From Bacteroidaceae bacterium (GTDB taxonomy: Bacteria > Bacteroidota > Bacteroidia > Bacteroidales > Bacteroidaceae): 64,000 nt of DNA. The stretch covers positions 4,845 through 68,844 of the forward strand of contig JAFSWM010000103.1 in the NCBI GenBank assembly GCA_017444485.1. Reading direction: 5' to 3'. Below are positions 31,238-40,339 of this stretch, one piece after another; position 1 is the first letter of the stretch, and each line of letters begins with the position of its first letter. A model generated the notes under the pieces. It was given only the letters and a program-made list of their open reading frames with translations, was not told where the DNA came from and did not search any database. Made by a program: the position numbers and the translations under genes.

Positions 31238-34156
31238 TCAGTGAGCCTCCAACCAGTTCTCCCCTACCCCACACTCCGCAACGAGCGGTACAGACATCGT
31301 AAAGGCACGCTCCATTTCCTCAACGACAAGGCGGCGGGTCTGTTCTATCTCGGAAGACGGGACGCTGAAATTGAGTTCGTCGTGCACCTGGAGGATCATT
31401 TTCGCCTGCAAATGCTCCTCTTCAAGGCGACGGGCTATGTTGATCATAGCCACCTTAATGATGTCGGCTGCCGTACCCTGAATGGGAGCGTTCACTGCGT
31501 TTCGCTCGGCATATCCTCGGACTGTGGCGTTGCGAGAATTGATATCGGGCAGGTAGCGGCGGCGATGGAACGCTGTTTCTATGTACCCCTGCTCCTGGGC
31601 ACGCAGGATGCTCCTATCAATGAAGCCGCGCACGCCTGGGAAAGTGCGGAAGTAGTTGTCGATGAGTTCCTTGGCTTCGCCACGGCTCACCTCCATTCGC
31701 TCAGCAAGGCCGAAGGCACTGATGCCATAGATAATGCCGAAATTGGCGGTCTTTGCCTTGCGCCGTTCGTCGCGTGTGATTTCTGCAACAGGTTTCTTGA
31801 AGATTTTGGCTGCGGTGGCGGCATGCACATCTGCCCCCTGGCGAAACGCCTCAACCATATTCGCGTCACCGCTGAGGTGGGCCATCAGTCGTAGTTCAAT
31901 CTGAGAATAGTCCGCACTGAGGAACACGCAACCAGGCTCGGCGGTAAATGCCTTTCTAATCTCTCTGCCGTCCTCACCGCGCACCGGGATGTTCTGCAAG
32001 TTGGGGTTTGAAGACGAGAGCCTGCCCGTGGCGGTGACGGACTGGTTGAAAGAGGTGTGGATACGCCCTGTGGCGGGATTTACAAGTTTCGGTAAAGCAT
32101 CAATATAGGTGCCGATCAGTTTCTTGAGTGCTCTGTGGCCAAGAATCTTGGCCACAATGGGATTCTGTGACTTCAAGGCTTCAAGGGTGCCTTCTGAGGT
32201 TTGGTATTGTCCTGTTTTGGTCCTCCGCACCTTGGTGGTGATCTTCAGTTTGTCAAAGAGAATTTCCCCCACTTGCTTTGGCGAAGCCAGGTTGAACGTC
32301 TGCCCTGCAAGGGAATAGACCTCGCTCTCGAGCATCTCCATCCTTTGCCTGAACAAACGCCCTGTCTCCTCAAGGGCAGCGGTATCGAGCGTCACGCCGT
32401 GGCGTTCCATTTTCGCCAGCACGGGCATCAGCGGCATCTCTATCTGATAGAACACCTCCGACACTCCCGTCCGTTCCATCTCCTCGCGCAGCGGATACAT
32501 CAGTTGGAGCGTGATGTCGGCATCTTCACAAGCATAGTCACATATCTGTGCGGGCGAAAGATCGGCCATGGACTTTTGTCCTTTACCTTTCGGGCCGATG
32601 AGTTGGTCTATGTGGATGGTGCGGTATCCAAGATAAGCCTCAGCGAGGCTATCCATGCCATGGTGCAACTCAGGCTGGATGACATAGTGAGCGAGCATGG
32701 TGTCAAACATGGGTCCGGCGAGCCGGATGCCATAGGATGCCAACACCGTGAGGTCGTACTTGAGGTTCTGCCCTACTTTGAGTATCGTGGGGCTCTCATA
32801 GAACGGTCGGAAAATTTCCACCATCGACAATGCCCTTTCGCGGTCGGTTGGTGACACAGCAACATACCAGGCTCTTCCTTTCTCCACCGAGAAACTTAAA
32901 CCTACAAGATTCGCGCGCAATGCATCCGTGGAAGTCGTTTCGGTGTCTAAAGCCACGGTTTCGAATGTCAAAAGTTTTGCACACAACAACCTTGCTTGTT
33001 CTTCGTTCTCAATCAGTTGATAATCGTGCGGTGTGGCATTTAAGTCTGTGAGAATTCGATTTTCGGAGCCTCCTGTACCTACGGCGGTAAATTTTGAAGC
33101 CTCGGGCGGCTTCATATAGGGATTATCCTCCATCCCGTCAAACAGGCCGGGCATCGCCGACGAGGTTTTTGAAGGAATGGATTGGGTTGGCTTTGCGGTA
33201 TCCGCTTTGGGCTCGGTAGCAGGTTGAGCAAAAAGGTCACCCATGCCGCTGATGGGAGCGCGGGCTGGAGTGTTTTCGTTTCCCGAACCACCTTGTTGTA
33301 ATTTGGAAAGCAGAGAACGAAATTCAAGGCGCTCGTAGATGAGTGTAAGTCTGTCAATCGATTTACTCCTCAGTCGTATATCCTCCCATGAAAGGTCGAG
33401 GGGCACATCTGTGCGAATGGTGACAAGCGTCTGTGCCTGCTTGACGCTCTCGCGTGCGCTATCCACCTTTTTCTGCAGCGCACCTTTTATCTCACTGGTG
33501 CGGCTCAGCATTTCATCCACACTCCCAAACTGTGCCAAGAGTTTGACTGCCGTTTTTGGACCCACTCCTGGACAGCCCGGGATGTTGTCGGCCTTGTCGC
33601 CCACCAAGGCGAGAAAATCAATCATTTGTTCGGTGGAAGCCAATTCGTACTTGGCGCAAACCGCCTCGGTATCCAAACGCTCCCATGGTGCATTTCCCTT
33701 TCCTGGACGCACCATAGTGACACCAGGACCAACGAGTTGTGCGTAATCCTTATCGGGCGTAATCATCGCCACTTCAAAGCCCTCCTTGGCAGCACGGCGT
33801 GCCACCGTGCCGATCACATCGTCGGCCTCAAAACCAGGGACTTCGAGGATACGAATGTTGTAGGCGTTAATAATGTCTTTGATAAAAGGCACGGCCCAGC
33901 GGATATCCTCTGGTGTGGCCTCGCGTTGTGCCTTATACTCGGGATACATCTCGTGACGAAACGTGCCACCAGGCGGGTCGAAGGCCGCAGCGATATAGTC
34001 TGGGGCTTCGCGCTTCAGCACGTCTTCTAGGGTGTATACAAAACCATAGACGGCAGACGTGTTCTCTCCGTAAGAATTTATTCGTGGGGCGTTGATAAGG
34101 CCATAATAAGCACGATAGATGAGCGCGTATGCGTCAAGCAGACAAATCTTTGCCAT
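31238..34156 (-). CDS. polA: DNA polymerase I
   Basis: 972 aa. 5'-3' exonuclease N-terminus (LLDAYALIYRAYY). 3'-5' exonuclease domain (ALDTETTS). Polymerase motifs A (LSADYSQIELR), B (RRKAKTANFGIIYG) and C (QVHDEL). Confidence 0.95.
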   Translation of the reverse strand: MAKICLLDAYALIYRAYYGLINAPRINSYGENTSAVYGFVYTLEDVLKREAPDYIAAAFDPPGGTFRHEMYPEYKAQREATPEDIRWAVPFIKDIINAYNIRILEVPGFEADDVIGTVARRAAKEGFEVAMITPDKDYAQLVGPGVTMVRPGKGNAPWERLDTEAVCAKYELASTEQMIDFLALVGDKADNIPGCPGVGPKTAVKLLAQFGSVDEMLSRTSEIKGALQKKVDSARESVKQAQTLVTIRTDVPLDLSWEDIRLRSKSIDRLTLIYERLEFRSLLSKLQQGGSGNENTPARAPISGMGDLFAQPATEPKADTAKPTQSIPSKTSSAMPGLFDGMEDNPYMKPPEASKFTAVGTGGSENRILTDLNATPHDYQLIENEEQARLLCAKLLTFETVALDTETTSTDALRANLVGLSFSVEKGRAWYVAVSPTDRERALSMVEIFRPFYESPTILKVGQNLKYDLTVLASYGIRLAGPMFDTMLAHYVIQPELHHGMDSLAEAYLGYRTIHIDQLIGPKGKGQKSMADLSPAQICDYACEDADITLQLMYPLREEMERTGVSEVFYQIEMPLMPVLAKMERHGVTLDTAALEETGRLFRQRMEMLESEVYSLAGQTFNLASPKQVGEILFDKLKITTKVRRTKTGQYQTSEGTLEALKSQNPIVAKILGHRALKKLIGTYIDALPKLVNPATGRIHTSFNQSVTATGRLSSSNPNLQNIPVRGEDGREIRKAFTAEPGCVFLSADYSQIELRLMAHLSGDANMVEAFRQGADVHAATAAKIFKKPVAEITRDERRKAKTANFGIIYGISAFGLAERMEVSRGEAKELIDNYFRTFPGVRGFIDRSILRAQEQGYIETAFHRRRYLPDINSRNATVRGYAERNAVNAPIQGTAADIIKVAMINIARRLEEEHLQAKMILQVHDELNFSVPSSEIEQTRRLVVEEMERAFTMSVPLVAECGVGENWLEAH

Positions 34157-34262
34157 AACGAAAGGAAAAGAGGCCGGTCACCAAAATGAATGTAGCGACC
34201 TGATGTGACTGATTTTGGGCGTAAAGTTAGATAAAAAGTTTCAGTGTCTGTCGGAATAGTCG

Positions 34263-34270
34263 TAATTTTG
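34263..34270 (+). promoter_or_regulatory. -7 promoter box (TAATTTTG) for ispB; near-leaderless
   Basis: TAnnTTTG match ending 7 nt before the ATG at 34278. Confidence 0.35.
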
Positions 34271-34277
34271 CACGCCA

Positions 34278-35267
34278 ATGAAGCACATCCCCCCTACCCC
34301 ACTGACAGTCTTTTCGGCTCCTGTAGCCGCCGAACTGACGGCCTATCGCAAATTGTTCGAGTCTGTCCTACACCACGACGAGCACATTCTCGGCGAGGCG
34401 CTTGCCCATATCCGGCAGCGACAGGGTAAGATGATGCGCCCCATATTGGTGCTGCTCATGGCGCGTGAGGCTGGCGGTGTCACAGACAAGGCGCTAACGG
34501 CTGCCGTTGCCCTTGAACTGCTGCACACGGCAAGCCTGGTGCACGACGACGTAGTGGATGAGAGTGCCCTACGACGTGGTCTGCCATCCGTCAATCAGAA
34601 ATACGGCAACAAAGTGGCCGTGCTGTTAGGCGATTATCTGCTCTCGCTACTGCTCGGAATGGCTGCAGAAACGCAGGACAGCCGCATCGTGGAACGCATT
34701 GCGAAACTGGGTGGCACACTGAGCGAAGGGGAGATCATACAATTGGGTTCTTCACGCAAGGATGTGCCCGATGAGGCAGCCTATCTGCGTATCATCTCCC
34801 ACAAGACGGCAGCCTTATTTTCCACCTGTGCAGAACTTGGCGCATTGGCCGCAGGCGCAGACGACCAGTTTACAGCACGAGCGCGACAGTATGGGGAACT
34901 TATCGGTATGTGCTTTCAGATACGGGATGACATCTTTGATTTCTACGATGATAAGGCCATCGGCAAACCCACGGGCAACGACCTACGCGAAGGGAAATTC
35001 ACCCTGCCCGTAATCCGTGCCCTTCGCACAACCCCCTCCCCCACCCTGCAACCTGCAATAGCGCGTGTGCAAACGGGTTCGGCCACTGCCGAGGATATTG
35101 ACTCGCTGGTGCGCCACACTAAGGAACACGGCGGCATAGACTATGCCCGCAGCCAGATGGAAAAATACCGCGACGAAGCCATTAGCATCGCCCGTAGTTT
35201 CCACAACGATGAAGTGCGCCAGGCCCTTATCGCCTATGCCGAATATGTGGCCGCCCGCGAGGTCTGA
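34278..35267 (+). CDS. ispB: Polyprenyl diphosphate synthase (octaprenyl/all-trans type)
   Basis: 329 aa. First and second Asp-rich motifs LVHDDVVDES and FQIRDDIFD. Confidence 0.85.
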   Translation: MKHIPPTPLTVFSAPVAAELTAYRKLFESVLHHDEHILGEALAHIRQRQGKMMRPILVLLMAREAGGVTDKALTAAVALELLHTASLVHDDVVDESALRRGLPSVNQKYGNKVAVLLGDYLLSLLLGMAAETQDSRIVERIAKLGGTLSEGEIIQLGSSRKDVPDEAAYLRIISHKTAALFSTCAELGALAAGADDQFTARARQYGELIGMCFQIRDDIFDFYDDKAIGKPTGNDLREGKFTLPVIRALRTTPSPTLQPAIARVQTGSATAEDIDSLVRHTKEHGGIDYARSQMEKYRDEAISIARSFHNDEVRQALIAYAEYVAAREV

Positions 35268-35346
35268 ACGTTCCCCTACCCTCCTGACAGAGCGCCCCTT
35301 AACCAATCCCTTTTCCCTTTGTAAATTCCGGCCAAAGCATGGCCAC

Positions 35347-35411
35347 AAAACTATGTCCGTATGACTTTAAAGTCACACGGAGTTACTTTAAAGTCACACG
35401 GACATAGTTTT
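35347..35411. terminator. Composite bidirectional terminator hairpin containing two 21-bp-phased direct repeats
   Basis: 14-bp outer arms AAAACTATGTCCGT (35347-35360) / ACGGACATAGTTTT (35398-35411). They enclose two copies of ACTTTAAAGTCACACGGA (35364-35381 and 35385-35402). T-runs follow on both strands. The site lies between convergent genes. Confidence 0.65.
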
Positions 35412-35484
35412 TCTTAGAACCCACCTTGTACGATAGAGAACGCAGAAGCCTCTGCAGGAAGGGTTTACTAAAACGTGCGAAACG

Positions 35485-35979
35485 TCAGTCGTTCCAGTCA
35501 AAAACGCGCCTACCGAGTTCCTCGGCGTAGTTCTGCGCGTCATAGACCACAAGGGTGCTGTCGGTGAGGCGGTAGCCGCCACCATTCTGCAAGTCCTGGA
35601 ACTCAACCTTGTTTACGGCCTTCAACTGCACGGACTGCTTTTCGTCATCCAAGCGATAGAGTTTGCCGTCCACGCGCACATTACGCAGCCAATACATACC
35701 TCCGTCACGATAGATCAGGAAATAGGTTTTCACCTCTCCGCCCACTTCATGGCTCCAAACGCCGTACACATCGCGCTCATCGGCAATAGAAGCGATGGCC
35801 TCGGACAGTGACTTGAACGTAAGGGTGTCGCTGGCGGCATGATCCGCCTCGGTTTCCCCGATAAAGTGGTCGTTGGCTACCACGGAGTCGGCGGAAGGCT
35901 TGGTATCCTCAGTTTTACCCCCGCAGGCAGCAAAGGTCAGCGTGAGAACGACAACAACAAATAAAGTTATGCGTTTCAT
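35485..35979 (-). CDS. Hypothetical lipoprotein
   Basis: 164 aa from the ATG at 35979. Lipobox MKRITLFVVVVLTLTFAACGG. No family recognised. Confidence 0.6.
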   Translation of the reverse strand: MKRITLFVVVVLTLTFAACGGKTEDTKPSADSVVANDHFIGETEADHAASDTLTFKSLSEAIASIADERDVYGVWSHEVGGEVKTYFLIYRDGGMYWLRNVRVDGKLYRLDDEKQSVQLKAVNKVEFQDLQNGGGYRLTDSTLVVYDAQNYAEELGRRVFDWND

Positions 35980-35996
35980 GTGGAACAAATGGTGGG

Positions 35997-36926
35997 TTAA
36001 AAGGGTTTGATGTCCTCGCCAGTGACGCGCTGCACGAGCAGGTTGGCCAAACGACTGGTGCCGAGTCTGAAAAGTCCGCTGTCTATCCATTCCTTACCGA
36101 GTATTTCGCGCACAATGGTATAGTAGGCCAGCGCATCGTCCACCGTCTGAAGCCCGCCAGCGGCCTTAAACCCTATGCGTGTACCCGTTTGATCGTAGTA
36201 TTCGCGGATGGCCTGGCACATCACCAAGGCCGCTTCGGGTGTGGCAGCAGGAGTGATTTTTCCGGTGCTGGTCTTGATGAAATCAGCGCCAGAATACATG
36301 GCCAACACCGAAGCTTTCTTGATGTTGTGTGCCGTCTGTAGCGCGCCGGTCTCTAAGATAACCTTCAATGGCCTGCCATCGCTTGCCGCCTTCAGTTCTG
36401 AAATCTCGTCGGAACAAGTTTCGTAATCGCCACTCAGGAACGCTCCGACGCTGAGCACGCAGTCCACCTCTTCCGCTCCGTCGTGGACGGCCAGCGCGGT
36501 CTCAACGGTCTTCACCTCAGCAAAGGTCTGAGAACTGGGAAAGGCGCCGCTCACCACACAGGTGGCGGTCTGCTCTACTTCAAGGCTTTGACTAACGATC
36601 TTCGCAAAGCGTGGGTAGACGCAAATGGTGGCCACGGGCGGCACATCGGGGCGCGAAGCATAGAACTTGTTGACGCGCTCTACAAGTGCAAGGACGCTCT
36701 CATCGCTGTCGGTCACCTTGAGCGTGGTGAGTTCAACGGCGGCAAGCAAACTGCGCATCACCTCGGGGGTGTCGTACTGCGGTGAGCACTCGGCCACCAG
36801 GCGACGCACCTGCTCTGTTACTATCTCGTCGTGAACGTGAAGGTCGTGCTTTGCGAAAGCCTGACGGAACTTGTCTTGCAATGCCTCTTCGTGGCAGTGG
36901 CAGTGCTCGTGATTGTGATCGTGCAT
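35997..36926 (-). CDS. deoC: Deoxyribose-phosphate aldolase (long form)
   Basis: 309 aa. Schiff-base lysine motif ADFIKTSTGK. Class I aldolase barrel pattern. The N-terminus is unusually His/Cys-rich (MHDHNHEHCHCHEE). Confidence 0.85.
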   Translation of the reverse strand: MHDHNHEHCHCHEEALQDKFRQAFAKHDLHVHDEIVTEQVRRLVAECSPQYDTPEVMRSLLAAVELTTLKVTDSDESVLALVERVNKFYASRPDVPPVATICVYPRFAKIVSQSLEVEQTATCVVSGAFPSSQTFAEVKTVETALAVHDGAEEVDCVLSVGAFLSGDYETCSDEISELKAASDGRPLKVILETGALQTAHNIKKASVLAMYSGADFIKTSTGKITPAATPEAALVMCQAIREYYDQTGTRIGFKAAGGLQTVDDALAYYTIVREILGKEWIDSGLFRLGTSRLANLLVQRVTGEDIKPF

Positions 36927-36993
36927 GGTTTATTCTATTAATTGTTGGGCGACACAAAGGTGCCATTCAGGAAATCAGGGGTGGGGTAGGGGA

Positions 36994-37317
36994 TTAGCGG
37001 AGTTTAGGATTGCTCTTGTGTCGCGCAGAGTCGCGATTTGTCTTCTTGGTAAAGGACTCCTCAAGGGCGGCTGTGAGATCCGTTCCGGTCTGATTGGCCA
37101 GACAGAGAAGCACCCACAACACATCGGCCATCTCTTCGGAAAGACTGAGTTGCTCTCCTGGTTTCGCGCTCTGCTCTCCGTAGCGGCGGGCTATCACTCG
37201 GGCCAGTTCGCCAACCTCTTCGGTGAGGCACGCCATGTTGGTGAGTTCGCTGAAATAACGCACGCCGTATTCCTTGATCCACGCGTCCACGCGCTGCTGC
37301 GCCTCTCTGATTGTCAT
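36994..37317 (-). CDS. MazG-like nucleotide pyrophosphohydrolase
   Basis: 107 aa. The EExGE-type motif LTEEVGELARV and the second helix EEMADVLWVLLCLA are typical of the MazG/NTP-PPase superfamily. Confidence 0.8.
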   Translation of the reverse strand: MTIREAQQRVDAWIKEYGVRYFSELTNMACLTEEVGELARVIARRYGEQSAKPGEQLSLSEEMADVLWVLLCLANQTGTDLTAALEESFTKKTNRDSARHKSNPKLR

Positions 37318-37328
37318 CGCTGGTCTTG

Positions 37329-37781
37329 TTATTCTCTATTCTTGGTATCAATACAAATGGTAACAGGGCCATCGTTCACCAACTCCACCTGCATATCAGC
37401 CCCAAAGCGTCCGGTGCGTACGGACCGGCCCGTCGCCTGCTCCAACAACGACGCGAAGCGCTCGTAGAGTGGTATTGCTGTTTCGTGGCGTGCTGCCTTG
37501 ACATACGAGGGACGGTGGCCTTTCTTGGTGGAAGCCATCAGCGTGAACTGACTAACCACAAGCAATTCGCCGCCTGCCTCAATCACACTGCGATTCATCA
37601 CTCCGCCTTCGTCATCAAACACACGAAGATGGGCCGTTTTGCCTGCGAGCCATTCGGCATCGGCTGCTGTGTCGTCGTGACCAACACCGAGCAAGACAAG
37701 CAGGCCAGGCCCTATGGCAGACACGGTTTCGCCGTCGATAGATACGGCAGCACGGCTTACTCTTTGGATTACGGCACGCAT
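37329..37781 (-). CDS. dtd: D-aminoacyl-tRNA deacylase
   Basis: 150 aa. Motifs MRAVIQRVSRAAV, GLLVLLGV, VSQFTL and a GPVT-type C-terminal end. Confidence 0.92.
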   Translation of the reverse strand: MRAVIQRVSRAAVSIDGETVSAIGPGLLVLLGVGHDDTAADAEWLAGKTAHLRVFDDEGGVMNRSVIEAGGELLVVSQFTLMASTKKGHRPSYVKAARHETAIPLYERFASLLEQATGRSVRTGRFGADMQVELVNDGPVTICIDTKNRE

Positions 37782-37817
37782 AATGACAATTGGCGAAGCA
37801 AAAGTAAGGAAAAGGTT

Positions 37818-39641
37818 TTATTCCTGCTCTGCCCTGTGGAGGTTTTCATACAAAACCGTGCCGCGCTTCATGCCGAGTTCTGCCTGCAACTGCGCTTCGG
37901 TGGCTTCCAGTATGCGTTTCATACTGCCGAAACTGCGCAGCAGGCGTTCCTTCGTCTTTTCTCCCACACCCGGCACTGCATCGAGGGCACTGGCACGTTG
38001 GCGGCGGCTGCGACGGTCGCGGTGGAAGGCGATGGCAAAGCGGTGCACCTCGTCTTGCATCGCGGTGAGCGTGCGAAAAAGTTGGCTGTCGGCCCTCATC
38101 CCGACACTCAAAGGGGGATTGCCATAGAGCAGAGCCCGCGTGCGGTGGCGATCGTCCTTAGCCAACCCCGCCACAGGAATCTGCAGCCCCAACTCATCCT
38201 CCACAACGCCGCGGATCGCTTCCATCTGGCCGCGTCCGCCATCGGCGATGATCAGATCTGGCAAACGCTCACCCTCGTCACGGAGGCGGGAATAACGCCG
38301 CCGGACTACCTCGCGCATGGAGGCGTAGTCGTCAGGTCCGACAACGGTTTTAATCGTATACTTGCGGTAGAGTTTCTTTGCAGGCTTCAGTTTCTCAAAC
38401 ACCACACATGCCGCCACCGCGTCCTCACCACTTATATTGGAGTTGTCGAAGAGTTCAATGCGATAGGGTAGGGCAGGCAGGGCAAGGTCGCGCTGTATCT
38501 CCTTCATCAGTCGCACGGCTTTCTGCTCGGGATTCAGTTTCTCCGCCTGCTTCAAGCGATCAAACCTATATTGCTTGACATTCAACCTCGAAAGGTCAAG
38601 GAGTTTACGCTTATCGCCTTTCTGCGGAATGGTCTGCAATGCGATGTCTTCTGGAAGGTCAGTAGGGAACGGCACCACTACTTCCCTCGCCTCGCTGCCG
38701 TACCGCTGTCGCATTTCTACAACTGCCAATGCGAGGATCTCGGCGTCGGACTCATCAAGCCGCTTCTTGTATTCGAAAGTAAAGGCCTGGGTGACGGCAC
38801 CGGCTGTGACGTGCAGAAAATTGACGAAGGCGGTACGCTCGTCGCTCTCAATATAAAACACGTCAAGGTTATGCAGCGTAGCAGAAACCACTTCACTCTT
38901 CTCTCGATAGCGTGTGATGGCTTCCAACTGACGTTTCACCTCACCAGCCTCCTCAAAGCGCATTTCCTCTGCCAACGTCTCCATGCGCTCACGCAATGTT
39001 CGTGCAACGCCAGCCACGTTACCTTTAAGTATTTCGCGACACTGCTCGATGGCTTGCAGATACTCGTCGTGCGACTGGCGCCCTACACAAGGCGCAAGAC
39101 ACCGGTGCAAGTGGTATTCCAAACATACGTCGTACTTACCACCTTCCACACCTTCACGCGTCAGAGGTTTGTGGCACGGGCGTGGCTTATAGAGTTCGCG
39201 ACACAGGTCGAGAAGTGCATAAAGCGTAGGCACGTGGCTGTAAGGCCCGAAATACTGCGCCCCACGACGACTGCGGTCGCGCGTCTTGAACACACGCGGC
39301 AGATACTCTTGGCTGATGGCGATACTGGGATAGGTCTTGTCGTCCTTAAGCAAGACGTTGTACTTCGGGCGGTACTGTTTGATTAGATTGTTTTCAAGCA
39401 ACAAAGCATCAGCTTCGGTCTTCACCACGACATAACGAATGTCGCGAATTTTGGAGACCAACAAGCGCGTCTTCGCCGACACCTGCTCCTTCACAAAATA
39501 CGACGCGACACGGCGGCGCAAGTTCTTGGCCTTGCCCACATAGATGATAACTCCAGCCTCGTCCACATACTGATAACTTCCGGGGCTTTCCGGCAAGTTG
39601 TGAACGATGCTCATCAAATGCTCCTTCGTCTTCGCGTCCAT
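37818..39641 (-). CDS. uvrC: Excinuclease ABC subunit C
   Basis: 607 aa. GIY-YIG domain (GSYQYVDEAGVIIYVGKAKNLRRRV), UVR domain, Endo V-like domain and a C-terminal (HhH)2 (VPGVGEKTKERLLRSFGS). Confidence 0.93.
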   Translation of the reverse strand: MDAKTKEHLMSIVHNLPESPGSYQYVDEAGVIIYVGKAKNLRRRVASYFVKEQVSAKTRLLVSKIRDIRYVVVKTEADALLLENNLIKQYRPKYNVLLKDDKTYPSIAISQEYLPRVFKTRDRSRRGAQYFGPYSHVPTLYALLDLCRELYKPRPCHKPLTREGVEGGKYDVCLEYHLHRCLAPCVGRQSHDEYLQAIEQCREILKGNVAGVARTLRERMETLAEEMRFEEAGEVKRQLEAITRYREKSEVVSATLHNLDVFYIESDERTAFVNFLHVTAGAVTQAFTFEYKKRLDESDAEILALAVVEMRQRYGSEAREVVVPFPTDLPEDIALQTIPQKGDKRKLLDLSRLNVKQYRFDRLKQAEKLNPEQKAVRLMKEIQRDLALPALPYRIELFDNSNISGEDAVAACVVFEKLKPAKKLYRKYTIKTVVGPDDYASMREVVRRRYSRLRDEGERLPDLIIADGGRGQMEAIRGVVEDELGLQIPVAGLAKDDRHRTRALLYGNPPLSVGMRADSQLFRTLTAMQDEVHRFAIAFHRDRRSRRQRASALDAVPGVGEKTKERLLRSFGSMKRILEATEAQLQAELGMKRGTVLYENLHRAEQE

Positions 39642-39663
39642 GATACAGCAGCGTGGAGATCTC

Positions 39664-40197
39664 TTACCTGTTCACCTCTATCAAGGCTGTGATTTCTTCG
39701 CCCTGCAAAGCCTCACGTCCGTTCAAGCCTTCCATTCGAAGTTCCAGGAGGAAGTTCACAAAAACACCTTGAGGTTTGAAAGAGCGCACCAATTGGCAAG
39801 CGGCGAGCATAGAACCGCCAGTGGCCAGCAGATCATCATGAATAAGCACCACATCATCGGCAGAAATGGCGTCGTCGTGGATTTCGATGCAGTCGTATCC
39901 GTACTCCTTCTGATAGGACGCCTTGCGGGTCATCCCAGGCAACTTGCCTGGTTTGCGGCACATCACAAAACCCGCCCCAAGGCGCGCTGCCAAAATAGCC
40001 CCCAGCACAAATCCGCGCGACTCAATGCCTACCACTTTTGTAATACCTTTGTCCTTGTAGAGCGAATATAGTTCATCGGACAACATGCGCAGGCAGTCGG
40101 CATCCTTAAATAGGGTGCTGACATCCTGAAACTGAATGCCAGGTTTCGGATAATCGGGAATGTTGCGAAGATTGTCTAACAAGAATTGAACGTCCAT
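39664..40197 (-). CDS. apt: Adenine phosphoribosyltransferase
   Basis: 177 aa from the ATG at 40197 (MDVQFLLDNLRNIPDYPKPGIQFQDVSTLF). PRPP-binding motif VVLIHDDLLATGGS. Confidence 0.92.
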   Translation of the reverse strand: MDVQFLLDNLRNIPDYPKPGIQFQDVSTLFKDADCLRMLSDELYSLYKDKGITKVVGIESRGFVLGAILAARLGAGFVMCRKPGKLPGMTRKASYQKEYGYDCIEIHDDAISADDVVLIHDDLLATGGSMLAACQLVRSFKPQGVFVNFLLELRMEGLNGREALQGEEITALIEVNR

Positions 40198-40339
40198 GGA
40201 TATCTGTTTTAATTGGTTTGTTGTTGTATATTTGACGTCAGAAGAGCAACAATGAGCGACAAAGAAATAGCAACGAAAAAGCGATATTGTAATTTTGCAG
40301 GAGGATAAAGGAAAACTCAGATTTGTTTCACGTGAAACA

